Shown one piece after another: positions 1 through 8,811 of a DNA stretch of 64,000 nucleotides (positions within the stretch are counted from its first letter, which is position 1; every line of letters starts with the position of its first letter). The notes beneath the pieces were generated by a model. The model was not told the DNA's origin and searched no databases. It saw only the letters and a program-made list of their open reading frames with translations. The DNA is from Promethearchaeota archaeon. GTDB lineage: Archaea > Asgardarchaeota > Hermodarchaeia > Hermodarchaeales > Hermodarchaeaceae. The position numbers and the translations under genes are program-made. The DNA lies in assembly GCA_048938385.1 (NCBI GenBank), contig JBHLMG010000009.1, positions 1-64,000 of the forward strand, given 5' to 3'.

Positions 1-249
1 CCCACACCCGAAATTCGGGATAAATATATCAAGTAATTCGAATAATCTGGTTCTTGAGTCGGCAATTCCTTCTCACCTGAGCTGCATATTCCTATGTTTG
101 CTATTAACTATTCGAAATGCGTCAAGATTCCGTCAATATTTCACAACATGTTAGTATAGTTACATTTTGTGACCCCAAAATGTGAGTCCTTCTTTTAAAG
201 AACGCATGCCTTCGTATCGAATGAAGAGTAGCCTGGAGGCATGAACTAA

Positions 250-1443
250 ATGGGTGAAAAACTCCGATTCAAAAATGAACGCGAAGTCAAACTGGGCCAT
301 ATCAAAGGCGATGTGGCGATCGAGAACTGTCCTATCATCGTCCCTGAAAAAGGAGCAGAAATTGTCATCGAAGGCGCATTGGAAATCCGCGGACATACGG
401 ATATCGAAGGATCGCTAAAAGCTGATTATCTTGAAATCGATGGGCGAAATACCTCTGAAATTCATGGAGATTTATCCATCGCTCGTTCTATCGATGTTCG
501 AAGAGGACAACTAACCGTCACCGGGTCAGTGTCTGCCAGCAAAATTAATGTTCACGCTGCCTTATCGGTAGGCAAGAATTTGCAAGCTACGAAAGTGTCA
601 ATTGGGGGTGCGCTCAAAGTAGGGGGAGCTGCTACCGTTGAAGACATCAATGTAGGCGGCGCGGTAAAAATCGAAGGGAAAATTGATTCTAAGGTTCTCA
701 ATGTCGGAGGGGCTGTAAAATGCAATATTGGTATCATCGGCAAAGTCAATGTGGGTGGCTCCTTTAAGGCAGAGGGGGCTGTTGAAATCGGCGAAATTGA
801 TGTCGGTGGCGCCGTGGTCGTGGGACCAGGCTCCAAAGTCCTCACTATTGATGTAGGTGGCAGTTTCAAGAGCGAAGGCGATATAATTTTTGAAGAATTG
901 GATGTTGGCGGTGCAGCGAAATTTGAAGGAGAAGCAAAAGGAAAATCCGTAGATGTCGGTGGATCCGTTAAGGCTGAACAATCGCTCACTCTAACAGGGA
1001 AGCTTGATGTGGGTGGTGCCATTTTTGTAGGAACAGATCTTTTTGTGGCTGAAGAGATTGAAGTTGGTGGCTCTTTGCGAGCTGGTCGGAAGATTGAATC
1101 ACCACGAATTGATATTGGTGGCTCGATTGAGGCGGCCCACATTAAGGCTGCTAAGGAATTTCAGATTGGGCGTCGTGGGGAAGTGAGGGGGTTTGTAGAA
1201 AGCTCTGACATTATCATATCAGAATCATCGCGTGGTGGTTCGTTTTATGGTGATTCCATCCGTGTGGAAGAGCGAGCTCGGGTGAAAAACCTCTATGGGC
1301 GGGTTATTTACCTTGAACGGGATGTTCGCGTCGAAGGCGACATCTTGTATACAGAACAGTTCGAGGCAGAACCCGGAGTTTATTTCGGAAAAGAACCGCA
1401 ACAAGTGAAAACTCTACCTAAGGCTGAAGATTTGCTTAAATAG
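250..1443 (+). CDS. Bactofilin-like (polymer-forming cytoskeletal) beta-helix repeat protein
   Basis: About 11 coils of [DNES]-[VI]-G-G spaced 16-18 aa apart, Val/Ile/Gly-rich; C-terminal end resembles bactofilin-type beta-solenoids. Confidence 0.7.
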   Translation: MGEKLRFKNEREVKLGHIKGDVAIENCPIIVPEKGAEIVIEGALEIRGHTDIEGSLKADYLEIDGRNTSEIHGDLSIARSIDVRRGQLTVTGSVSASKINVHAALSVGKNLQATKVSIGGALKVGGAATVEDINVGGAVKIEGKIDSKVLNVGGAVKCNIGIIGKVNVGGSFKAEGAVEIGEIDVGGAVVVGPGSKVLTIDVGGSFKSEGDIIFEELDVGGAAKFEGEAKGKSVDVGGSVKAEQSLTLTGKLDVGGAIFVGTDLFVAEEIEVGGSLRAGRKIESPRIDIGGSIEAAHIKAAKEFQIGRRGEVRGFVESSDIIISESSRGGSFYGDSIRVEERARVKNLYGRVIYLERDVRVEGDILYTEQFEAEPGVYFGKEPQQVKTLPKAEDLLK

Positions 1444-1460
1444 CATGGCCCACAGCGTTC

Positions 1461-1506
1461 GGGGTTCGGGGCAGAGGGATATGCTCCGAACTCCACTTCT
1501 TCTTGT
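1461..1506 (+). terminator. 3' stem-loop followed by a pyrimidine tract
   Basis: GGGGTTCGGGGCA (1461-1473) pairs with TGCTCCGAACTCC (1482-1494) using two G-U pairs that work only on the + strand; followed by ACTTCTTCTTGT. Confidence 0.55.
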
Positions 1507-1563
1507 TACGAAAACTCCTAAAAGGTTCTTGTGAAGCTTTCTTGGGATTAGGAGTTAAGCTAG

Positions 1564-2583
1564 TTGGTTGAACCTGCTCACACCTGCTCTAGTAAAATTC
1601 AACTCAGTCAAGACATGACGGTTACACCCTTGGCTGCGGAGAGCCTGGGAGTTCGAAGTCTTGCGGCCTACATTCAGACAAGTGACACAACTATTCTTAT
1701 TGATCCAGGGGTTGCTCTCGGCTTCCGTGATGGATATCATCCTCATCCAAGAGAATACCAACTGTTGGCTGATTTCCGAGAAAAAATCCATCGCTACTCT
1801 TCAGCTACTGATGTGATTGTTGTATCTCATTATCACCATGACCATTTCCAACCCTTCTATCAGAATTATGCTTATTTTTGGTCTACACCTGAGGAGGCGT
1901 CTCTTCTGTATAATGGTCGGCGTGTTTGGTGTAAGGATATTCGCTCCAATATCAACTATTCTCAACAAAGCCGTGGATATCATTTTGTTCGAAAAGTACG
2001 GAAGATTGCTCAGTCTGTTGAATACGCTGATGGACGGGCCATGAAGTTCAACCAGACGCTAATTCGGTTTTCTCCACCTGTCCCTCATGGGGAGAAGAAC
2101 ACCAAGCTTGGCTGGGTCATTATGACCGCGATCCGTTGTGGTGATTTTTGCATGGTCCATGCCTCTGATACACAAGGTCCGATGGAAAAGCTGACGACCG
2201 ACTGGATCCTTCGCCAGAAACCCGATGTTGTTATGATCGCTGGTCCACCCACTTATCTTGCGCCAGATCGGGTTGGTTCCGCGGTCATTGTAGCTGCTGC
2301 TGAGAATCTCAAAACTTTGGCAGTTGAGATTCCTATGGTAATCGTTGACCATCATCTCCTCAGGGATTCAAATTGGTCGGACTGGTTAGATCCAATACGC
2401 CAACATGCAAGAGACCATGGGAATCAGCTGATGACGGTGGCTGAAGTCTTAGGAGTAGAGGAGAACCTTCTAGAGGTGAAGCGTGAAAGTCTTTACCGGC
2501 AAACGCCGGTCACTCCTGCATTTGAAGATTGGGTTAGGCAAGTTCAAGGTAATCGAATTCAGACTCCACCACCCTTACCATGA
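1564..2583 (+). CDS. Metallo-beta-lactamase-fold hydrolase (archaeal UPF0282-like)
   Basis: PLAAESLGVRS, IDPG, SHYHHDH, HASDTQG and DHHLLRD motifs; true start may lie downstream (MTVTPL). Confidence 0.8.
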   Translation: MVEPAHTCSSKIQLSQDMTVTPLAAESLGVRSLAAYIQTSDTTILIDPGVALGFRDGYHPHPREYQLLADFREKIHRYSSATDVIVVSHYHHDHFQPFYQNYAYFWSTPEEASLLYNGRRVWCKDIRSNINYSQQSRGYHFVRKVRKIAQSVEYADGRAMKFNQTLIRFSPPVPHGEKNTKLGWVIMTAIRCGDFCMVHASDTQGPMEKLTTDWILRQKPDVVMIAGPPTYLAPDRVGSAVIVAAAENLKTLAVEIPMVIVDHHLLRDSNWSDWLDPIRQHARDHGNQLMTVAEVLGVEENLLEVKRESLYRQTPVTPAFEDWVRQVQGNRIQTPPPLP

Positions 2584-2589
2584 GATAAA

Positions 2590-3261
2590 TCAGAACACGC
2601 TTTTTCTAGTCGGGGATGGTTGGTAAAAGGGACCGTGTATTGGGAAGATGACTTCTCGAAATGCTTCAGCGTATTCGCATCCTGCCTGTACGCCTCGAAG
2701 ACGGGCTTTTTGCACATTGAATGCAAGGTAAAAGTCGTTGGTTTTTTGTAGCTGACTTTGATACGCTCGAATTGCTTGCTCCTTCTTTTCCATCGTTTCT
2801 GTGATGTCTACAAATATCGTAGGCGCTGGAAACAAGGAGTTGATTTCCATGCTCAGTAATCGTTTGGGACGCCAAGCTAGCTCCTTGTATTGCGTGGAGT
2901 GTCCTGCCCATTCAGCTGCACGCAAGACTGCCTGATGCACAATTCGGTGATCTGGATGATAATCGAACTCACTGTGGGAGATAATCACTTCAGGTTGAAT
3001 TTGTTGTATCACAGGAATAATCGTATTCGCGGTTTCAGTTATAGTGAAGGCAAGTTCAGGACCTTCAATGGCCACGACTTTGGCACCTAGCTTTCCACAA
3101 GCGGTCTGTAGTTCCTGGTGTCGTGCGGGATTACCAGATAAACAACAGACTGTCACGGAGTTACCCCGTGTGGTTTCTAAGGCAATACTACCTCCGCATC
3201 CAAAGGTTTCATCATCGGCATGGGCACCAATGACCAGTAAACGCTTTGACGATTCAGGCAT
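2590..3261 (-). CDS. bshB: PIG-L/LmbE-family deacetylase, BshB-like
   Basis: AHADDE metal motif, HPDH motif, AYQSQ, YAEAF; divergent from bshA. Confidence 0.75.
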   Translation of the reverse strand: MPESSKRLLVIGAHADDETFGCGGSIALETTRGNSVTVCCLSGNPARHQELQTACGKLGAKVVAIEGPELAFTITETANTIIPVIQQIQPEVIISHSEFDYHPDHRIVHQAVLRAAEWAGHSTQYKELAWRPKRLLSMEINSLFPAPTIFVDITETMEKKEQAIRAYQSQLQKTNDFYLAFNVQKARLRGVQAGCEYAEAFREVIFPIHGPFYQPSPTRKSVF

Positions 3262-3375
3262 AACGAGTAGATACAGCTTTCCTCATCTAAAGGTTTCCCT
3301 GTTTGGTAGGATGAGGAAGATTTCACCAAAGGTAACACATAAGGGTGGGAATGACAGGGTGCCAAAGGATTAATC

Positions 3376-4482
3376 ATGCGAATAGGCATCACGTGCTACC
3401 CTGGTGTTGGTGGTTCTGGTCTTCTAGCAACGCGCCTTGGTGTTGAACTCGCTAAACGCAATCATGAAGTCCGGTTCATCACTTACGAAGTACCATTTGA
3501 ACTGCAAGAAGGAATTCATGAGAATGTCAAAGTTGACCTAGTCGATGTGTTAGATTACCCACTTTTTCGCTACCCCCCATATACCGTAGCATTAGCATCC
3601 CGAATGGCTCAAATTGCTCAAAAACATCAACTCGATCTCTTGCACACCCACTATGCTATTCCCCACGCGCTATCTGCCTATGTTGCGCACCAGATGACCG
3701 GAATCCCATACATCGTAACATTGCACGGTTCAGATGTACATACCTTAGGCGCTGACCCAGCTTACCAGCCTGCCACACGGTTTGCCGTAGAAGCTGGTAA
3801 TGCCGTCACCTGCGTTACCAAGCATATCTGTCAAACAGCGGAACAGACCTTAGGAATTCGGTGTAAAATCGAACCCATAACGAATTTCACTGATCCAGAC
3901 CTTTTCAAACCTAACGCTTGTGAATTTCCAGTCGTGAATGGAAAACGCCAGTTAATCCATGTATCTAATTTTCGTCCAGTCAAGCGTGTAAGTGACCTTG
4001 TGACCGCCTTTGCACAAATAGCTGATGAGGTGCCTGATGTTGAACTGCTCTTACTTGGCGATGGACCTGAACGTCCTGGTGTCGATCGGCTAATTCGGAA
4101 ATTTGAGCTTAATAATCGTATCCGGTGTCCTGGGTTCAAGCGAGATGTCTATCAATACCTTCGATGCGCCTCGGCTTTTGCCTTAAGCTCCGAATTAGAA
4201 GGTGCTCCACTTTCATTACTTGAAGCGATGAGCTGTGGATTGCCCGTAGTAGCTACTGAAGTGGGAGGGATTCCTGAGATTGTAAAAGATGGAGAAAATG
4301 GGTTGCTTGTCCCCTTTGGAGATATTGATGCCTTAGCAGAAAAAATGTATGTACTCCTTACGGATCGAATATTGGCTAGTCAGTTGGGCGCACAGGCCCG
4401 GAAAACGATACTCGAAAATCACACAGCCGAAAAAGTGGTCCCCCAATATGAAGCGATTTACGAAGGAGTGATTCACGACTAA
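3376..4482 (+). CDS. bshA: GT4 N-acetyl-alpha-D-glucosaminyl L-malate synthase
   Basis: MRIGITCYPGVGGSG, YPLFRYPPY, HTHYAIPHA, TLHGSDV and HVSNFRPVKRV are characteristic of BshA. Confidence 0.9.
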   Translation: MRIGITCYPGVGGSGLLATRLGVELAKRNHEVRFITYEVPFELQEGIHENVKVDLVDVLDYPLFRYPPYTVALASRMAQIAQKHQLDLLHTHYAIPHALSAYVAHQMTGIPYIVTLHGSDVHTLGADPAYQPATRFAVEAGNAVTCVTKHICQTAEQTLGIRCKIEPITNFTDPDLFKPNACEFPVVNGKRQLIHVSNFRPVKRVSDLVTAFAQIADEVPDVELLLLGDGPERPGVDRLIRKFELNNRIRCPGFKRDVYQYLRCASAFALSSELEGAPLSLLEAMSCGLPVVATEVGGIPEIVKDGENGLLVPFGDIDALAEKMYVLLTDRILASQLGAQARKTILENHTAEKVVPQYEAIYEGVIHD

Positions 4483-4523
4483 TCAAGACCCTGTGTTTTT
4501 CGTGAGCAATCTTGGTGGTTAGT

Positions 4524-6293
4524 CTATTTCGCATTCGGGTTATTTGGTAAGAAGTAAGTGGCTGAGGAAGGAGTGTAGGTTTGGTAATGGCTAAGCAAGC
4601 GTGGAAAGTAATTTTGTGGACCTAAAGAAATGGCTCCGTCTATCCATGCAAAGCTTACTTCTTGGCCAAGGCGTTCGGGCGCATATCGTCCAAACATTTG
4701 TGAGAGGTAGGTTTGGAGTATTTGTCGTTGACGCGTGTAGCGACCCACCATGACTCGGTATGACTCTCTTATCTTAGCATCGGGAGAATCGCGCTGTTGA
4801 CGAATAGCCTCATTTCGGTCTTGTTCTAACTGTTGTTCTGCTTGAATGAGTTGTTCAACCGAATGGGCGATGAGTTCTGCACTGGCACCAAAAAGGGATC
4901 GCACTACTCCACTATTTTTTTCTTCAGATGCGGTAACGATGGCTTTCCCATAAAATCGAAGCTCTTTGAGGTCAAGAGGCATTATTCCTTCCTGCTCAAG
5001 TATTTGGGCTTGCTGCGTGGTCCATGGATTACCATAGTATTGCCGGGTGTATCGGAAGAATATTGGAGCCAAGCTATCAAGAGCCTCAAGGGCTGGTGAC
5101 ACTTGGGCATGGTAGGAAGTCTCTCCGGATCCGCCGATGTGAAGAATTATAGGAGTATAACTCTGCACAAGAAAAGCTCGAGTATCTACACGAGGAGAAA
5201 GAAATTCTGCCCAGTCAGAGAGATCCGGTGAAGTGGGTTTGAGTTCTAGCGTATGGGTGACCTTGCATTTGGGGCAACGCGCACTGATTTCCATTCTCAT
5301 AGCTGATTCATTAGCTAAAGTGGGGTCTAATCTGGTTCGATTACAACCAGCTGTCGGGCATTCAAGTTGGAAAGGAACATAGTCTTCTGTCCGGTGCCCG
5401 ATTCCAGGTTGATAACCTAGCTGTTGGAGCTGTTCCGCAGCTTGGTTAAGTGCCTGAATATAGCGAGAACGATTTCGAACATGGATGAGAAATTCAAAAG
5501 CTGGAAGCATGAGAAGGCGGAGCGTGGGATGGGAAAATTGTTGAAAAAGAATTCCACTATCTTGTGACAAGTTAGCAAGCTGCATCCAAATTAATAGGCT
5601 CCAATCTGATATTGTCTTTGCTTTGTCAAAGGCGTGTTGAATGATTTTGATGACCGATTGAACCCGATCCTCATACTCTGCCTTCTGGTGTGATGAGGAT
5701 TTTGTTACTAATTCATGGTAGGTTGAAGCGATTTTCTCCAGAGCTTGATTCAACCATGAACGCGAGGGTAGGGGCAGTGCATGCATAGGCGATTGTCGAA
5801 ATTCACGGGGCACATTAAATGAGAAACTAAGACCCCGTGGACCGGGACTAGGAAGGTGAATGACAGTCAGCTCTTTCTGTTCATGATCATGATCGCCAAC
5901 AAACATAATTGATGCGGTGTTCTGAAGCATGGCAATCTGGCCGATAGCTGCCAACTTGTTGATAACCAATCCAGGTCCACCAAGCAGGCTAGGTTGGTGA
6001 CCTGCCTCAACAGCTGCGTGTTGGGATTCGAGCAATTCGAGTCGATGGGTCACCATCGGCGTGAGCATCTCGTGCTTCTGATGAATTTCCTTAATTGTCT
6101 GACACAATACTATAAGCCGCTCATGAGTAAAGAGCGGTTGCTTCTCTTCACGGTACACAGCGGAGAGGGGTCGACTCAACGCAATAGCGTCGTTTACATT
6201 CAATGGGATAGATCCCCAAAATTGAAGAGCTGCCTCGTTACCATCGAACACGAATGAAGCATACAGTTTAGACGGGGCAGTGGTTGAAGTCAC
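4524..6293 (-). CDS. bshC: Bacillithiol cysteine-adding enzyme BshC-like protein
   Basis: AGHQPSLLGGPGLVINK, GDHDHE, LSPRVDTR and IGGSGETSYHAQ match BshC motifs (GQQxxLxxGPLYxxxK, EDHD, GGPGExxYxxQ); adjacent to bshA. Confidence 0.75.
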   Translation of the reverse strand: MTSTTAPSKLYASFVFDGNEAALQFWGSIPLNVNDAIALSRPLSAVYREEKQPLFTHERLIVLCQTIKEIHQKHEMLTPMVTHRLELLESQHAAVEAGHQPSLLGGPGLVINKLAAIGQIAMLQNTASIMFVGDHDHEQKELTVIHLPSPGPRGLSFSFNVPREFRQSPMHALPLPSRSWLNQALEKIASTYHELVTKSSSHQKAEYEDRVQSVIKIIQHAFDKAKTISDWSLLIWMQLANLSQDSGILFQQFSHPTLRLLMLPAFEFLIHVRNRSRYIQALNQAAEQLQQLGYQPGIGHRTEDYVPFQLECPTAGCNRTRLDPTLANESAMRMEISARCPKCKVTHTLELKPTSPDLSDWAEFLSPRVDTRAFLVQSYTPIILHIGGSGETSYHAQVSPALEALDSLAPIFFRYTRQYYGNPWTTQQAQILEQEGIMPLDLKELRFYGKAIVTASEEKNSGVVRSLFGASAELIAHSVEQLIQAEQQLEQDRNEAIRQQRDSPDAKIRESYRVMVGRYTRQRQILQTYLSQMFGRYAPERLGQEVSFAWIDGAISLGPQNYFPRLLSHYQTYTPSSATYFLPNNPNAK

Positions 6294-7507
6294 TGCTCAG
6301 ACTCCTCCCGCGGTTGTCGTCGAATAGCAAATCCCACAAGGCAACTAAGAAGGGATAAGGTACCAATAAGTGCGATTAATGTAGCAACATTCGTCGCAAA
6401 ATAAGCGAAATCTACTAAGGGTATTGAGCCGAGAGAGGTCCATTCTTGAAAATCGGTTCGGTGAAGCTGATAAGCAAAGAGGTTAGCATATTCAGTACGC
6501 CGCGTAGCGATGTAGTCAGTGGCCACGATTTGCCATAATTGGACGAAGGGAAGGTTCGAGGCGTAAAGGGATTCGTAATAGGTCTTGGATGGCTCAACAC
6601 CTACTCCACTAGCGGTGAGATCGAAAGGCAGCCAGCCCCATGGGGGAACATAGACCATAGCCCACCCATGACCGATGGCGTTTTTCCAGTCCACATAGAG
6701 GTATGCCTCTTCGGCTATTGACCCCCAAATGAATCCATTTGTGCGAGCGCCGTCTTGGAACCAGTGACCGGTTGTTAGGTAACAGGGGATTCTTAAAATT
6801 CGGAGCAGAGCAATAAGTAAATTCGATTGGTCATCACAGTCACCAATTTGACTAACTATGGTTTCCTCTGGATACTGTGGTTCAGTAATACCTGTTGATC
6901 GAATGATGTTTGACTGTATCCACCGAATTGCTGAATAAACGAGGGCGAGCACATTATCCTGGGTTGCGTTCGCCAGGCTCCTCTGAACATCCATGGCAAT
7001 GTCTACAAGAGAGGAATTCCATGTTTTCCACAGCGAAGTTCCTCGTGTATACCAAAGGTAATCATCTGTCCCAATCTGGTCCTCAATGTCATCGAGGGTA
7101 CCTGATTGGATGACACTAATTACTGGAAGACTTGGTCGATGATCGAGTACCGTGAAGAGCCACTCTTCCTCCCACCGAATCCTATCTTGGGGCAATAAGG
7201 TAGTAGTTAAATTCAATCGTATTCTTGGATTTCCATCGCTGTCTGTTCCAAAACCGATTGGTTCGATGGATTGGTTGTTGTAACTGAAATCGAAGTTCAG
7301 TTGTTCACAGGTTTGCCAAGAAGTGTTTCCGATGTAATCCCAATAGGCTGTTATTGGAAGGGATTGGTTTCCTGAAACGATTAGCGAACCTGAGAAGCTC
7401 ACTCGCCAGTGATGGACGTATTGAAAAGCTGATGTGGGGTGTGGCACTAAAGCTAGTAGGATGAGAAGAAGTAACAGTGTAACTATCCATGGACGATATT
7501 TCGACAT
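6290..7507 (-). CDS. Secreted, C-terminally anchored transglutaminase-like protein
   Basis: Signal peptide; GDCDD...GHGW...W-LPFDLT Cys-His-Asp triad; C-terminal TM helix plus RRQ; stop overlaps the bshC start (GTGA). Confidence 0.8.
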   Translation of the reverse strand: MSKYRPWIVTLLLLLILLALVPHPTSAFQYVHHWRVSFSGSLIVSGNQSLPITAYWDYIGNTSWQTCEQLNFDFSYNNQSIEPIGFGTDSDGNPRIRLNLTTTLLPQDRIRWEEEWLFTVLDHRPSLPVISVIQSGTLDDIEDQIGTDDYLWYTRGTSLWKTWNSSLVDIAMDVQRSLANATQDNVLALVYSAIRWIQSNIIRSTGITEPQYPEETIVSQIGDCDDQSNLLIALLRILRIPCYLTTGHWFQDGARTNGFIWGSIAEEAYLYVDWKNAIGHGWAMVYVPPWGWLPFDLTASGVGVEPSKTYYESLYASNLPFVQLWQIVATDYIATRRTEYANLFAYQLHRTDFQEWTSLGSIPLVDFAYFATNVATLIALIGTLSLLSCLVGFAIRRQPREESEQ

Positions 7508-7679
7508 GCGGAACAGCCTTGCCCCAAGTCATCTAGCAGGGAATCAACTGATTTAAGCTCTACCTTTTTTCTGACGCCCTCCAACCCACTGGGCTACAGA
7601 CACCCTTTATGTACCAATCCTTTCGTATTACCAGTATTTTTTAGCTAGAAAGTGGAAAGGATAAGAACACATTTCATGT

Positions 7680-7751
7680 TTCGAGGGAAGCTCGCAACGA
7701 ATTTGAAAGCGAAAGATATTGAACTAACTCTTGCTTTCTTCGAGGGAAGCT
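7680..7751. repeat. 13-bp direct repeat TTCGAGGGAAGCT upstream of the E2F-like gene
   Basis: Exact copies at 7680-7692 and 7739-7751. Confidence 0.7.
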
Positions 7752-7787
7752 TTTCCTTGGGCATGACAGACTGGGCGGGATATCGAC

Positions 7788-8270
7788 ATGAAATTAGGCG
7801 AAGTTGCCAATCATGTGATTGCTTTTTTGCAGAATCATACTGACCAGGAATTTACTGCTAATACGCTCCTCATGCATATAGGCTTGCCACTTAAAGAAAA
7901 ACGAAGGCTTTACGATGTGATTGAAGTCCTGTCTTGCGCAGGGCTTGTAGATATTCGCAAGGATTCACGAAAGCGATACTTCAGATGGAAACTACCCACT
8001 CTTTCCCCTACACCGTCTGAAATGAACCTTGAATTACCAGCTGATCCGTTATTTCAAGAAGCTGGTACTATTCTTCATCTTCTCCTACACCTTGGGCCAG
8101 GGGCGTTTCAAGAGCTGAGCAATGATTCATCGCTCTCCATGATAGAGCGAGATATCAAACGCACCGTATGGGGTGCTAATGCTGTTAGCGTTGTGCGCGT
8201 ATCTCTTCAAAATCAACAGGGTCGAGTTTTAAAAGAGACCTCCCATGGGACACTTCAAGCCGAAGTCTAA
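7788..8270 (+). CDS. Winged-helix DNA-binding protein with E2F/DP-family signature
   Basis: KRRLYDVIEVLSCAGLV...YFRWK matches the E2F/DP recognition helix KRR[IL]YD[IV]xNVLxxxGL[IV]...W[KL]; N-terminal LGEVANHVIAFLQ resembles E2F helix 1. Confidence 0.7.
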   Translation: MKLGEVANHVIAFLQNHTDQEFTANTLLMHIGLPLKEKRRLYDVIEVLSCAGLVDIRKDSRKRYFRWKLPTLSPTPSEMNLELPADPLFQEAGTILHLLLHLGPGAFQELSNDSSLSMIERDIKRTVWGANAVSVVRVSLQNQQGRVLKETSHGTLQAEV

Positions 8271-8340
8271 TAGAGACTCGGCGAGTAGAAGTCAAAAAGA
8301 GTAAAATTCAGCAGAACCAGAACAAAAATTAGTGTAAAGC

Positions 8341-8730
8341 TTATTCCTGCTCAGTGAGATCTTTTCGAACTGCTTCATAAAAGCTGACTTCGTCTTCTCC
8401 ACGCCGCTTCACGGTTATTTTAGGCTCAACACCTTCTAGCTTTCGTTGCACGAGGATAACACCAGTTTTTGGAATTCGCGTAAATAATTGTCCGCGTGAG
8501 TAAAGTGTGATGGCGATATCTTCGATTCGGGAGGCGAGTTCTGACTTTGTTTTATGAAGCGTCTCTAGATAGGTCACAGCATCAGGAAGAAAAATTAGTC
8601 GAATAAGCTCATCCCGCTCCTTTTCACGCTGTGTCTTTACTTCCTTCAACGCTTCTCGTCGCTGTTGCTCTTGTACGAGCGCTTTCAGTTTTTGCTCTCG
8701 GATGCGTTTAAGCTCTTCAGACTCGGACAT
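8341..8730 (-). CDS. PDCD5-like dsDNA-binding protein
   Basis: EELKRIREQKLKAL...IRLIFLPDA..YL...K.ELA..IE; start reassigned to ATG at 8730 (MSESEE). Confidence 0.7.
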   Translation of the reverse strand: MSESEELKRIREQKLKALVQEQQRREALKEVKTQREKERDELIRLIFLPDAVTYLETLHKTKSELASRIEDIAITLYSRGQLFTRIPKTGVILVQRKLEGVEPKITVKRRGEDEVSFYEAVRKDLTEQE

Positions 8731-8811
8731 GGCAAACCACCAAGCGACGAGGAGTGGCACCTGTTCGCTACTTTTATAGATTTCGGGTTTCCTCATACTC
8801 GAGACAAAGAT

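Noticed and set aside
36-118. Repeated TTCGAA palindromes in intergenic DNA (also near 16802 and 33706)
   Set aside because: The hexamer is also frequent inside coding regions, so enrichment cannot be claimed.
552-1142. 196-aa antisense ORF with PPT repeats
   Set aside because: It is the mirror of the VGG repeats on the coding strand.
7652-7843. 63-aa ORF overlapping the start of the E2F-like gene
   Set aside because: It has no recognisable features and overlaps a better gene in another frame; the region is better explained as regulatory.
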